A DNA stretch of 64,000 nt from Candidatus Omnitrophota bacterium. Its GTDB lineage: Bacteria; Omnitrophota; Gorgyraeia; B26-G9. The DNA lies in contig JBDRPX010000023.1 in assembly GCA_043826565.1 (NCBI GenBank), positions 5,758 through 69,757 of the forward strand. Reading direction: 5' to 3'. Within the stretch, counting starts at the first letter, position 1, and each line of letters opens with the position of its first letter. The position numbers and the translations under genes were made by a program. This document shows, piece after piece, positions 45,622 through 55,114 of this stretch. The notes under the pieces are model-generated. The model was not told where the DNA came from, made no database searches, and was given only the letters and a program-made list of their open reading frames with translations.

Positions 45622-47067
45622 TTAAGATGATTTTAAAAAACTTAAAATTTCGGAAATTTTTTTCATTTTTAATTCACCAAGCACGATCAGAAAAATAGTA
45701 TAACAAAATAGTCCGACAAAAAACGGGATCAGGAAAAACATATCTTTCATAAAGAAGATTATTCCTCCTGTCAAAATAGCAGCAAAAATCGGCTTATATC
45801 CTAAACTGATCAAAGTAGGACTATTTTTAAACGACTCCCTGAATAAACGCGATTTCATTACAAGCACTAGGAAACCACAAAAAACAGTTGCCGCACTTGC
45901 ACCCAGGTATCCATATTGGGGAATCAAAATAAGATTTAACACGAAATTTGCACAGATTATAATCAATGAGCCAACCATTAAGATTTTAAGTTTTTCTTTC
46001 TGCACAATCAAAAACAGCCCCATTGGCCCGGCAAAATGATTCAACAAGAAAGACCAGATTAAAATCCTGAAAACCTGAGAACTAAGGGCAAATTCCTTTC
46101 CAAAAACAAATGGCACAATTTGCCCAGAAAGCAAAAACAGTGCTACCGTAAAAAAACTGGAAAAAATTATCATTACTCTCATTGATTTAAGATATATTGG
46201 GTATGTATTTTCTAAAGAGCTCTTACTTTGGGATGATATAAATGGCAGCATCGCACCCATAAAACAACCAGTTACCACACCTAAAGCTTCATTCAGTTGA
46301 ACCGCCACCCCATATATTCCTACATCCTGCATAGTTTTCATTTTAGAAAGCATGACAATATCCATTCTTCTTAATAAAATGCTTAAACCAATAAGAGAAA
46401 AAAGAGGAAAAGCCTGCTTTAAAAGACTATTTACTATCTTCAGATCAAATCTGGGTTTAAATTTGACAAAATCCTTTTGAACAATGTAAAAAAGCACAAG
46501 GGAAGTAATTCCTGTGCCTAAGATCATCAGCAATATCATTCCCCCAAGATTTAAACCTAACCGAAGAAATAAAATACCCAATATCGTAAAAAAAGCGGAA
46601 AGAACGACCCCAACAACAGAAAAGATTTCCATCTTCTCAAATCCGCTTAAAACCGCGGTTAACCGGCTAATTGCCGAATTAAAAAAGATCGTGCTGCCCG
46701 CTAAAACAATTAAAAAAATCAATTGTTTAGGGTAACCTAAATACACTGCGAAAAGTACCATCCCTATCCAGGCCAGCAATGAAAAACCCATGGATAAAAA
46801 TATGGAATTACCATAAAGCTCCTGAGCTTTTGTCTTGTCTTTGGCGATTTCCCGGGTGATGACAGTTGATAAACCAAAATCCGCAAAAATATTAGCAAAA
46901 GTAAGAAAAGCTAAAATAGTGGAAAACATGCCGAAGCCGTCCCGAGAAAGATATCGGGCTACGTACGAGATAAAAATTAAATTTATGACCCCCGTAAATA
47001 CTTTATTACCGAAAAGAGCAATCGTATTTTTAATTACTCTGAATAGGTCCGTTTTTTTATGTTCCAT
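45622..47067 (-). CDS. Wzx-type flippase (polysaccharide biosynthesis protein, MOP superfamily), second copy
   Basis: 481 aa with 12-14 TM segments. N-terminus: IKNTIALFGNKVFTGVINLIFISYVARYLSRDGFGMFSTILAF. Confidence 0.75.
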   Translation of the reverse strand: MEHKKTDLFRVIKNTIALFGNKVFTGVINLIFISYVARYLSRDGFGMFSTILAFLTFANIFADFGLSTVITREIAKDKTKAQELYGNSIFLSMGFSLLAWIGMVLFAVYLGYPKQLIFLIVLAGSTIFFNSAISRLTAVLSGFEKMEIFSVVGVVLSAFFTILGILFLRLGLNLGGMILLMILGTGITSLVLFYIVQKDFVKFKPRFDLKIVNSLLKQAFPLFSLIGLSILLRRMDIVMLSKMKTMQDVGIYGVAVQLNEALGVVTGCFMGAMLPFISSQSKSSLENTYPIYLKSMRVMIIFSSFFTVALFLLSGQIVPFVFGKEFALSSQVFRILIWSFLLNHFAGPMGLFLIVQKEKLKILMVGSLIIICANFVLNLILIPQYGYLGASAATVFCGFLVLVMKSRLFRESFKNSPTLISLGYKPIFAAILTGGIIFFMKDMFFLIPFFVGLFCYTIFLIVLGELKMKKISEILSFLKSS

Positions 47068-47070
47068 TTA

Positions 47071-47847
47071 TTATCTCTTTATCTTTTCTGTTTTCAAACC
47101 ACCCTGCGCTTTTTTTGAACAACTTTTCTCCGTCTTAAAAAAATTCACACGTTTCTTTTTATGAATTATTTTATGTAAAAATTTTCTAATTCTAGGCTTT
47201 GAAGTGTAAAAATCTTCAAAATGATCCCAAGGCCTGTCATCACGGCTATTCTTTTGAAATAAAATTAGATTTGCCTGAGGAGTTTTAACTAAACTATAGT
47301 CTTTACGATTGGTTTTTATCCAGGAGGAAATACTCTGTAATGCCGGCATCCAAGAATCATGAAACAGAATATAACTACCCTGATTTAATAATAAGTCAGC
47401 AAAGAAAAAATCCACAAACGCGAAATCAAATTTATGATCTCCATCTATAAAAATAAAATCAAATTTCATGCCATCATCAAGAAACTGCGGCAAAATATTA
47501 TATGAGAAATCATTTTTAAAAGTAAGATACTTATCAAACCCCAGATTCTTCAAATTTTTCAATCCCAGATTTTTAAATTTTTCCTGAAAAGGGTCAATGG
47601 CGTAATGCCGGCTTTCTGTTGCCGAAATAATATGTGCAGCCGAACACCCAAAGGCCAAACCAATTTCTAGAGTTTTTTTTATATTTTTTTCCTTTAAAAA
47701 AAAGTGGATGTATTCCGCTTCATCTTTTGAAATTGAGATTAAAGAATATTTTTCAGGAATTACTAAGTTCTCATATATATTCTGTGTCATATTATTCTCC
47801 GGCAATTGGATTATCCTCAATCTTTTAAAATTACTTACTCTTTCCAC
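47071..47847 (-). CDS. Class I SAM-dependent methyltransferase (Methyltransf_24 / O-MT family 3-like)
   Basis: 258 aa. LEIGLAFGCSAAHI is a glycine-rich SAM motif. FIFIDGDHKF...GSYILFHD matches the family. Confidence 0.55.
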   Translation of the reverse strand: MERVSNFKRLRIIQLPENNMTQNIYENLVIPEKYSLISISKDEAEYIHFFLKEKNIKKTLEIGLAFGCSAAHIISATESRHYAIDPFQEKFKNLGLKNLKNLGFDKYLTFKNDFSYNILPQFLDDGMKFDFIFIDGDHKFDFAFVDFFFADLLLNQGSYILFHDSWMPALQSISSWIKTNRKDYSLVKTPQANLILFQKNSRDDRPWDHFEDFYTSKPRIRKFLHKIIHKKKRVNFFKTEKSCSKKAQGGLKTEKIKR

Positions 47848-47855
47848 AGCTCCAT

Positions 47856-49001
47856 CTATTTCTCATCTTTCTGTTCCGATGTTTTTTTCTGGAGAAATTG
47901 AGAATGCAGAATTTTTTTCTTTAACAAGTTAAATATCCTCAGGTTGCTGCCTTTTTGGTAAAAAATTACAAACAGGGAAAATAAATGATCCTTTAAGCTA
48001 AGATCAGAAAAATTAAAATTAATAAAGAACAACAACCCCGCGAAAACAATTAAAAATAGAGGGTATTTTAAAGTAATAATTAAAGCGAGAGATATCGGTA
48101 AAATTACATTGGGAAAATAAATATGTAAAAGATTATACGGACTCGTCCATTGTCTTGATTCCCACTGATAATAAGGATCGTAGAAATCTTTGTTTTTCAT
48201 ATTAGCAATATCTAAATAAACAGTCTGTAAAAAGAGCACGGCGAATAAAAAGACAACCGGTAAAACAAACCACGGCACTTTTATTAAGATAATCATCATA
48301 AAAACAAGCCAGGCTATTCTTTCGACGACAAGTGCTTTCCGGTAAAGTTTTGTCATTTTTTCCATGCCGATTTTAGACCCCATAGTCGCGGTTCCGGATT
48401 TAACATCATTAACCGCATCAAAAGCCTGGTGGCCGATTTCCTTGCCCAGCCCAATCACAATGGCACAGCAGGCAATGGACCACATATCCCATCCTCCGAA
48501 TACTCCGAAAGCGGAAAATAGAAGCATAATCGGCAAAGGAGACTGGGCAAAACAAGCCGCGGCTATTCCCACCCCGCCCCGTTCTTTGAACCGGATTGGT
48601 TTTAGAGAATAAAACGTTGATAAAAATATTTGAATTACCCATAAAAAAATAAAATAGTCTTCTTTAATAAATTTGATTCCGGTTAAGATTACTAATAAAA
48701 AAAGAATGCTTACAACAGCTACAGCTTTGGCATTGCTAATATTTAAAAAAGTGTTGCTCTTCCCCTCTTGCCGATCCGGCTCTTTATCTCCGAATTCATT
48801 AATTAAGTAACCATACAGGCTGGACACCGAAGCAAAGGCAATAAATATAAAAAAATCCCTTATAAATACCAGTGAGTACTTAGAATATGCTAAGCAAACA
48901 TAAAAACAGGTAATCACCAAAAAAGGCAATTTATCCGTAGCCCAATCTGTCCAGCGAAGAGTCTTAAGAATTTTTGCTTTTTCCCACATATTCACTTCCA
49001 T
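47856..49001 (-). CDS. UbiA-superfamily membrane prenyltransferase
   Basis: 381 aa, polytopic. The first Asp-rich motif is YLINEFGDKEPD (N-x-x-x-D-x-x-x-D). The second is HQAFDAVNDVKSG (D-x-x-x-D). Confidence 0.55.
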   Translation of the reverse strand: MEVNMWEKAKILKTLRWTDWATDKLPFLVITCFYVCLAYSKYSLVFIRDFFIFIAFASVSSLYGYLINEFGDKEPDRQEGKSNTFLNISNAKAVAVVSILFLLVILTGIKFIKEDYFIFLWVIQIFLSTFYSLKPIRFKERGGVGIAAACFAQSPLPIMLLFSAFGVFGGWDMWSIACCAIVIGLGKEIGHQAFDAVNDVKSGTATMGSKIGMEKMTKLYRKALVVERIAWLVFMMIILIKVPWFVLPVVFLFAVLFLQTVYLDIANMKNKDFYDPYYQWESRQWTSPYNLLHIYFPNVILPISLALIITLKYPLFLIVFAGLLFFINFNFSDLSLKDHLFSLFVIFYQKGSNLRIFNLLKKKILHSQFLQKKTSEQKDEK

Positions 49002-49909
49002 TCCAGATTTTTAATGTTCACTTCTCTCAATAAAAACCCATCCCGCAGTCCTCTCATCTTCGCAAAAATAGGTTTTTTGTAACCAATAAGTATTTTCTTC
49101 AGAATAACCCAAACACATTCCGCAATTGAAAAAAACATGAATTTTAAAAAATTCCCCCAAGAAGCATTCTTGCGCACAAACATCGCCGCGCCTCTGCCCA
49201 TCAGATAATACCAGCGGGGATTACGGTCTCCTCCGGTGCTAGCGGCAACACTGTGCCAGATCCTTGCTAAGGGCACATAAACCACCTTATATCCTTTAGC
49301 CTTTGCGCGTACGCACCAATCCACATCTTCGAAATAGGAAAAATATACGGGATCAAGCAGGCCTATTTCATCAATAACTTTTTTCTTAATCAGCAATCCG
49401 CACCCGATGATAAAATCAACTTCCCGCATGTTGTTAAACTGCCCAAAATCAAGACAGTTACACCCTATAGAATTAATCACATATTCATGAAAATTAATTT
49501 TACCTCCGATTGAATACAAATACCCGGGATGCAGTTCTAAGTGATACATTTTAGGGCCTAATATCCCGGCCTGCGCATTCTGTTCTCCGGCATCAACAAG
49601 ATGATTTAACACGTCACTGTCTACCATGGTATCATTATTGAGTAAAAATATATATTCTGCCCCTGCTTTTAGAGCCAAACGCATCCCGACATTATTACCT
49701 TCACAAAACCCCAGGTTTTTTTTATTCTTAATTATCCGGATATCCGGATAATTTTCCGAAATACAAAATGCCGACCCGTCAGTAGAACCATTATCCACAA
49801 AAAACACTTCGTAATTAGGATACTTTAACTGGCTTACGCTATAAAGACATTTCAGGCTATCTTGTTTACCATTCCAATTTAATATAATAATCGCTACTTT
49901 AGGATACAT
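48992..49909 (-). CDS. Glycosyltransferase family 2
   Basis: 305 aa. VAIIILNWNGKQDS...YEVFFVDNGSTDGS and the later NND (DXD equivalent) match GT2. Confidence 0.8.
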   Translation of the reverse strand: MYPKVAIIILNWNGKQDSLKCLYSVSQLKYPNYEVFFVDNGSTDGSAFCISENYPDIRIIKNKKNLGFCEGNNVGMRLALKAGAEYIFLLNNDTMVDSDVLNHLVDAGEQNAQAGILGPKMYHLELHPGYLYSIGGKINFHEYVINSIGCNCLDFGQFNNMREVDFIIGCGLLIKKKVIDEIGLLDPVYFSYFEDVDWCVRAKAKGYKVVYVPLARIWHSVAASTGGDRNPRWYYLMGRGAAMFVRKNASWGNFLKFMFFSIAECVWVILKKILIGYKKPIFAKMRGLRDGFLLREVNIKNLEWK

Positions 49910-50873
49910 CTCGCCCTTTTCGTTTATTTTTGAGCTTCATTAAATATTTTTGAGACCGAAATCCCTCTTTTTGAGCCTGCGCCATAAGATGGGAGTAAAT
50001 ATACCATTGCAAAGATTCCTTCTTTATGAATTTAGAAATAATCCAAATCCATAAAGGTAAAACTTTACTGTTAAAAAACAATTCCCGAAGCACCTCTCTG
50101 ATGATTTTTTCCAATGAGGAATAATCACGCAAGCCAAATTCAAATAGAACATTTTTTTCATCAGGCAGCTTTGATTCCCATATGGCCAGTGCCGCGCCCA
50201 GGTTTTTATTATGCAAAATAAAAGGTTCAGGATCCTGAAAAATATGATAATGATAGACACAAGCATCAGGATTATACATAATACGCAGCCCTTTTTTACC
50301 CAGGCGATGCCCTAATTCTCTATCCTCGTGAGCAGCATAGGGAAAATCTTCATCAAAAAGTCCGTTCTCTACTAAAAAATCTTTCTTAACCGAGATATTG
50401 CAGGTTATAAAATCAATCGGCCGGGCCTCCGCTAACCCTTTTATTTTATTAAACTCACCAATTAAATAGTGACTTGCGAATATAGGGACGGAAATACCTT
50501 CAGCCCATGTAGCATACCCCAGAACTGCCACATTTTCCTCCGGCCATTTTTGATGGCAAGCAATATGTTGCTCCAGGAAATCATCAGCCGGGATAGTATC
50601 ATCATTTATAAAAAGAACCAATGGGTATTTTGCCTCTTTAATGCCTAAATTTCTTGCTACAGCAGGGCCTTTATTTTTCTGATAGAAGTATCTGATATTA
50701 AGGCGACCTGACTTGGAAAATTTCAAAACACTCTCTTGCGTGCCGTCCCGAGAACCATCATCGACAATAATTATTTCAAAATTTGCAACGGAAAAAGTTT
50801 GCCGGTCAAAAGCTTCCAAAACGCGGATTAATACATCTTTTCGATTATATGTCGGAATAATAACTGTAAGCAT
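49899..50873 (-). CDS. Glycosyltransferase family 2
   Basis: 324 aa. LTVIIPTYNRKDVL...FEIIIVDDGSRDGT...INDDT match GT2. Confidence 0.8.
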   Translation of the reverse strand: MLTVIIPTYNRKDVLIRVLEAFDRQTFSVANFEIIIVDDGSRDGTQESVLKFSKSGRLNIRYFYQKNKGPAVARNLGIKEAKYPLVLFINDDTIPADDFLEQHIACHQKWPEENVAVLGYATWAEGISVPIFASHYLIGEFNKIKGLAEARPIDFITCNISVKKDFLVENGLFDEDFPYAAHEDRELGHRLGKKGLRIMYNPDACVYHYHIFQDPEPFILHNKNLGAALAIWESKLPDEKNVLFEFGLRDYSSLEKIIREVLRELFFNSKVLPLWIWIISKFIKKESLQWYIYSHLMAQAQKEGFRSQKYLMKLKNKRKGRDVS

Positions 50874-50920
50874 CTTAAGTTCTCACTTTTAATGTTTTAT
50901 CGAAAAACTTTTATTTCAGA

Positions 50921-51799
50921 TTAAACCGGTAAGGACATATCCGCAATACAATCTGCTAATTGGCAAAGCAAATCCGGGGATTCTAGAACACGCAGACAAT
51001 CCTTCGCCCGGGATATGTGTTTCCGTGCCATTTCACGGGATTTCCGCTGGCCATAGACTCCAACATAAGTCATCTTTTGCGGCACGATATTTCCATCAAT
51101 AGATTTACTAGTTTTCTTCTTATTTTCAGCATCGCGCAGATCATTAAATATGTGCAAAGCCTGTCCGATGTTTTTAGAATAATTTACCAGAACTTCTAAT
51201 TCCTTTTCTTTTGCCCCCGCAACAATCGCTCCGGTTCTAACCGCGGCATTGATTAATTCTCCGGTTTTATGCATGCAAATGTATGCCAAAACATCCTTAT
51301 CCATTGATTTGCCCCGAGAAAACATATCCACTACTTGACCGGCAACCATACCGGTCATACCAATTGATTTAGAAAGTTCCTGGATCAAAGACAACGCCAA
51401 TTTCGGTTCATTATAATCTCTACTCAAAATTGAAAAAGCAGCAGTTAGAAAGCAATCCCCGGCAGTAATCGCCATGTTTTCTCCAAACACTTTATGATTG
51501 CTTAGTTTTCCACAACAATAATCTTCATTCCCGGTTGCTGCCAATCCGGCATGGATCATAAAACCGGTATAAATGAATTCAATAGCACAGGCAACCGGCA
51601 TAAGCGCTTCGGCCTTGCCGCCAATTGTCTCTCCGCTGGCAATACAAAATAAAGCTCTCCAGTGTTCTCCGCCATTAAATATGCTATAACGCATTGCTTC
51701 AATCAGATTTTTGGGAATTTCTGCTTCCGGCTGAAAATATCCGTTTAAAGCCTGATCAATAAGCTTTTGCATATTATTCTTATATGCTAATATATCCAT
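50921..51799 (-). CDS. Polyprenyl-synthetase (trans-isoprenyl diphosphate synthase) homolog with both aspartate-rich motifs degenerate
   Basis: 292 aa. It aligns by eye along its length to FPP/GGPP synthases (GGEHWRALF..; KVFGENMAITAGDCFLTAAFSIL; HKTGELINAAVRTGAIVAG). The first motif (FARM) position reads HAGLAATGNEDYCCG instead of DDxxD. The second (SARM) reads FNDLRD instead of DDxxD. Confidence 0.65.
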   Translation of the reverse strand: MDILAYKNNMQKLIDQALNGYFQPEAEIPKNLIEAMRYSIFNGGEHWRALFCIASGETIGGKAEALMPVACAIEFIYTGFMIHAGLAATGNEDYCCGKLSNHKVFGENMAITAGDCFLTAAFSILSRDYNEPKLALSLIQELSKSIGMTGMVAGQVVDMFSRGKSMDKDVLAYICMHKTGELINAAVRTGAIVAGAKEKELEVLVNYSKNIGQALHIFNDLRDAENKKKTSKSIDGNIVPQKMTYVGVYGQRKSREMARKHISRAKDCLRVLESPDLLCQLADCIADMSLPV

Positions 51800-51832
51800 T
51801 TTAAAATATTTTCCTTCTTTTTTATTGAAAAA

Positions 51833-52768
51833 TTAACTCCGCGTATATATGCCAGAAACAAAACCAATTACCCAATACACTAACCCGATGGCAAACAATA
51901 CCAATACCAAAGGCCTTTTTGTGATCGCTTGTGGCTGATATCTTAAAAAAGCCATAACTGTTCTGATAAATTTTACTACCGGTAAAAGTGGAATCAGCAC
52001 TAATCCGGGCACAGGATTGCGCACGATGAACGAACCTTCCAGGTTAATCACTTTCATCACTTTCGCGGTTATTTTCCCAATTTTCCGCTGATGAACAAAA
52101 AATTCTTTTAAATTGGACCGGTGCTGATGCCTAACCTGAATTTCTGGCAAAAAGAGTATTTTCTCCCCCTTCTGCCGCAAATTATAATTAAAAACCAGAT
52201 CTTCTTGAGGATAGTACTTTCCGTCAAAAGATCCAAACTTATCAAATATGCCTTTCTTACAGGAAATATTACACGTTGGTATATGACCTGCTTCATGCCT
52301 AGGTACGCCGGGAAGAAACTCACGAAATTCCGCAATATACCCGGCCCAGCCGATCAAATCATTTTCCTCATTAGCAATATCTACCGCACCCCCCACAACA
52401 TTATACCCTTGTTTATGAGCAGTTTCTATATTTTTCAGCCAATCGCGACCGGCAATACAATCCGAATCAATAAATGCGATGATTTCCCCTTTAGCTTTCT
52501 TTATTCCCAAATTGCGAGCAGTCCCCGGATCTGTTTTTTCTTCTAAATAAGTAAATTTAATATCCGGGTATTCTTGTCTAACAATATTCGGAGTATTATC
52601 CGCGGAACTATCCACGAGAATTATTTCATACTCGCTTTCATATGATTGGTTTTTAAGAGAATCAATACATTTTCCAATCGTCTGTTCAGAATTATATGAT
52701 GGGATAACTATCGAGATCACTTTTATAACTCCTTGGGAGCAAAAATTAAATACTGATGATGTGCCCAT
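51833..52768 (-). CDS. Glycosyltransferase family 2
   Basis: 311 aa. ISIVIPSYNSEQTI...YEIILVDSSADNT...IDSDC match GT2. Confidence 0.75.
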   Translation of the reverse strand: MGTSSVFNFCSQGVIKVISIVIPSYNSEQTIGKCIDSLKNQSYESEYEIILVDSSADNTPNIVRQEYPDIKFTYLEEKTDPGTARNLGIKKAKGEIIAFIDSDCIAGRDWLKNIETAHKQGYNVVGGAVDIANEENDLIGWAGYIAEFREFLPGVPRHEAGHIPTCNISCKKGIFDKFGSFDGKYYPQEDLVFNYNLRQKGEKILFLPEIQVRHQHRSNLKEFFVHQRKIGKITAKVMKVINLEGSFIVRNPVPGLVLIPLLPVVKFIRTVMAFLRYQPQAITKRPLVLVLFAIGLVYWVIGFVSGIYTRS

Positions 52769-53616
52769 AGTTTTCGGATAAGATACGGCGAATTTTCCAG
52801 CCAGGAATGTTTCATTATTTCTACTTCCAATTGCGGGTTTTTTCCGGTAAAATAATCAAGAATACACAAGCAATCATTCTGCTCTAAGCTATCCGGCTTA
52901 GGGTTAATCCCGATCTTAGCTAAAAGCTCCTCTTTCTTCATTGCAATATCCGGCCACCAGGGAGTATCTAAATACCCCTGTTTTTGCAAATTCCAGCCTA
53001 AGCTCTTTAAAAAACTTTTTATCTTATTCGCATCGATATGCTCTGGATAGGGGATGCCTTCTTTCCGGGCACCTTTCATCCTCATTTTACAAAACACATT
53101 GGCCCGGTTAGGGATACAAATAAAAATAACCTTTCGGCTTACCCGGCTCAACTCCCCTAAAAAATTATCAAGCTTCGGGATATACCACAAAGCCGCAAAA
53201 TTCCAGCTTAGATCAAATGCTTTATCTGCAAAAGGCAACATCTTAACATTATCTAAGCAATGTTCAATATTCACATCTAAAGATGTTTGCCGCCAAACTT
53301 CTTTAATTTTTAAAATCCTCTCTTTGTCAAAATCAGTAATTGTAACCGGCACGTTTTTTGCCGCCCACCACATACTGTTAATACCGGAAATTCCGGTCAT
53401 CCCGAAACTCGGAGCTTCCAGGACATTTTTAATATTATATTCAATTTTCATCTTTTCAAAATAACCATGCAGAATAAAACGTTCATATGTCGTCCCTAAT
53501 CCTTCATGATTATTTTTAAAATATTCCGGCCAAACATTGTTAATCGCCATCGTTCCTCCGAGCATCCATTGTTTCCTCGACAATCCGGTATACCGGGCAT
53601 AAAGGCGAATCCACAA
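52723..53616 (-). CDS. Putative class I SAM-dependent methyltransferase-like protein
   Basis: 297 aa. VLEAPSFGMTGISGI resembles a glycine-rich motif I. KVIFICIPN resembles a motif-IV region. The evidence is weak. Confidence 0.35.
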   Translation of the reverse strand: MWIRLYARYTGLSRKQWMLGGTMAINNVWPEYFKNNHEGLGTTYERFILHGYFEKMKIEYNIKNVLEAPSFGMTGISGINSMWWAAKNVPVTITDFDKERILKIKEVWRQTSLDVNIEHCLDNVKMLPFADKAFDLSWNFAALWYIPKLDNFLGELSRVSRKVIFICIPNRANVFCKMRMKGARKEGIPYPEHIDANKIKSFLKSLGWNLQKQGYLDTPWWPDIAMKKEELLAKIGINPKPDSLEQNDCLCILDYFTGKNPQLEVEIMKHSWLENSPYLIRKLWAHHQYLIFAPKEL

Positions 53617-55114
53617 TTTTTTTAAATTCTATTTTTTTATTGAACATTTTTTCCCATATTTTCTTCATTTTAAGCCTATTTGATCGGTCATCAACAATGT
53701 CTGTATTTTTTAGTCCCTGAGATAATTTTTGCTTAAATGATTCCGGCCAGGATTTTTTCTCCACATAATATATTACTCTGTTTTCGAGAATAGATTTTTT
53801 ATTTTTTATCAATTTTAAAAAATCAATCATATTTGATGAAAAATTCAACCAGAAACTTTCCTTTAATCTATTCATTACCTGTTCATCAGTATACCGGCTG
53901 TCCCGGATAAGCATATTCGGCCGTCCGCTAAGAATAAAAATATTTTCTTTTTCATTAACTGAATACCAGTAGCAAACGCCAAAATTATATTCCGAAAACA
54001 TTATCGCTCTAGGTTCATATATTTTATCCAGCTCTAACACGACTCTCTGTATTTCTAAAGCCCTTCTTTTTTCCGAAGATACCCCCATATTCCATGAAAT
54101 CACTAAATAAAGAATCAGCACAACTGAAATTATGACTTTTTTTTGCTCCATTTTTTTAAAAACTTCAATACACCCTACTGACGCAAAAAAACTGACCGGG
54201 ATAAATGTTATTATAAGATGGTCCCCGGAAAGGAGTCCTAAGTTAAAAATATAAAGTAAGAATGGTAAGAACCAACAACCAAAACAAATTAAAACTTTTC
54301 TGTTTTCTTTTAACAAAATAACCACTCCCCATAAAGCAAACAAGAAAATCATGTTAAAAGAAGCACCATAAATCTTCGCCAACTCAAAAAAAACATATCC
54401 GCTAACCTTAAAAAAAGTAAACTGTTCCACAAAAAGTTCCGGAGCGAAAACTGCTGCTGAAAAAACCTCGATAACTTTTTCCGTTTTAAACAGCAATAAA
54501 ACTGCTAAAGCCAGAAAAGGCAGTAAGAACTTTAACAGCCCATTCTTGCCTGCTTTTTTTTGAACCACAAGACATCCCAAAGGAAACAATGCCAACAAGG
54601 AAGTGGGAGTTATCGAACAAGCGATCACTTCAAGAAATCCGGCCGCCAGATACCGCCCCCTAATGATTAAAATCGCTGCCAACATTACAAAGGCCAACTG
54701 CGGAACATAAACCTCCCCATGCAAAGAAAATACCATAAATGTTCCGGAAAACAATAAGATAAGCGCGGCGATCAGACTTTGCCAACGATCACCCGTAAAA
54801 TCAAGCGTCAATAGATACATACAAACAACACAAATAGCCGAAGCCCATACGGAAAAATATCCCAGAGTAAGTAAGGGGCCGGCACCAAAAATTCCCATTA
54901 AAAAATGCAGGATGGCCCCGATAACATAATAACCAAAATGGATCACCGGAGCGTCAAAACTCGACAAACTGCGGGCATATGTATAGGGATCACCATTTGC
55001 CGGCGGATAAATCATAAAAAACGGCAAAACAACAATTACCCCTAAAAAAAGAGATATCTCTATCTTGTTTTTTCCCCAGATTGTTTTAAAAAAATCAAAA
55101 ATTTTATTTTTCAT
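53540..55114 (-). CDS. Polytopic membrane protein with C-terminal soluble domain; possible GT-C-type glycosyltransferase
   Basis: 524 aa with about 11 TM segments. An acidic/aromatic motif (PPANGDPYTYAR) lies in the first loop. Context (DPM1-like synthase nearby) supports the guess. Confidence 0.35.
   Translation of the reverse strand: MKNKIFDFFKTIWGKNKIEISLFLGVIVVLPFFMIYPPANGDPYTYARSLSSFDAPVIHFGYYVIGAILHFLMGIFGAGPLLTLGYFSVWASAICVVCMYLLTLDFTGDRWQSLIAALILLFSGTFMVFSLHGEVYVPQLAFVMLAAILIIRGRYLAAGFLEVIACSITPTSLLALFPLGCLVVQKKAGKNGLLKFLLPFLALAVLLLFKTEKVIEVFSAAVFAPELFVEQFTFFKVSGYVFFELAKIYGASFNMIFLFALWGVVILLKENRKVLICFGCWFLPFLLYIFNLGLLSGDHLIITFIPVSFFASVGCIEVFKKMEQKKVIISVVLILYLVISWNMGVSSEKRRALEIQRVVLELDKIYEPRAIMFSEYNFGVCYWYSVNEKENIFILSGRPNMLIRDSRYTDEQVMNRLKESFWLNFSSNMIDFLKLIKNKKSILENRVIYYVEKKSWPESFKQKLSQGLKNTDIVDDRSNRLKMKKIWEKMFNKKIEFKKIVDSPLCPVYRIVEETMDARRNDGD

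Noticed and set aside
50921-51799. Possibility that the polyprenyl-synthase homolog is a phytoene/squalene synthase that would complete a carotenoid pathway
   Set aside because: The sequence aligns to the FPP/GGPP synthase fold (IspA-like order of conserved blocks). It does not align to the SQS/PSY family, and it lacks that family's DxxED motifs.
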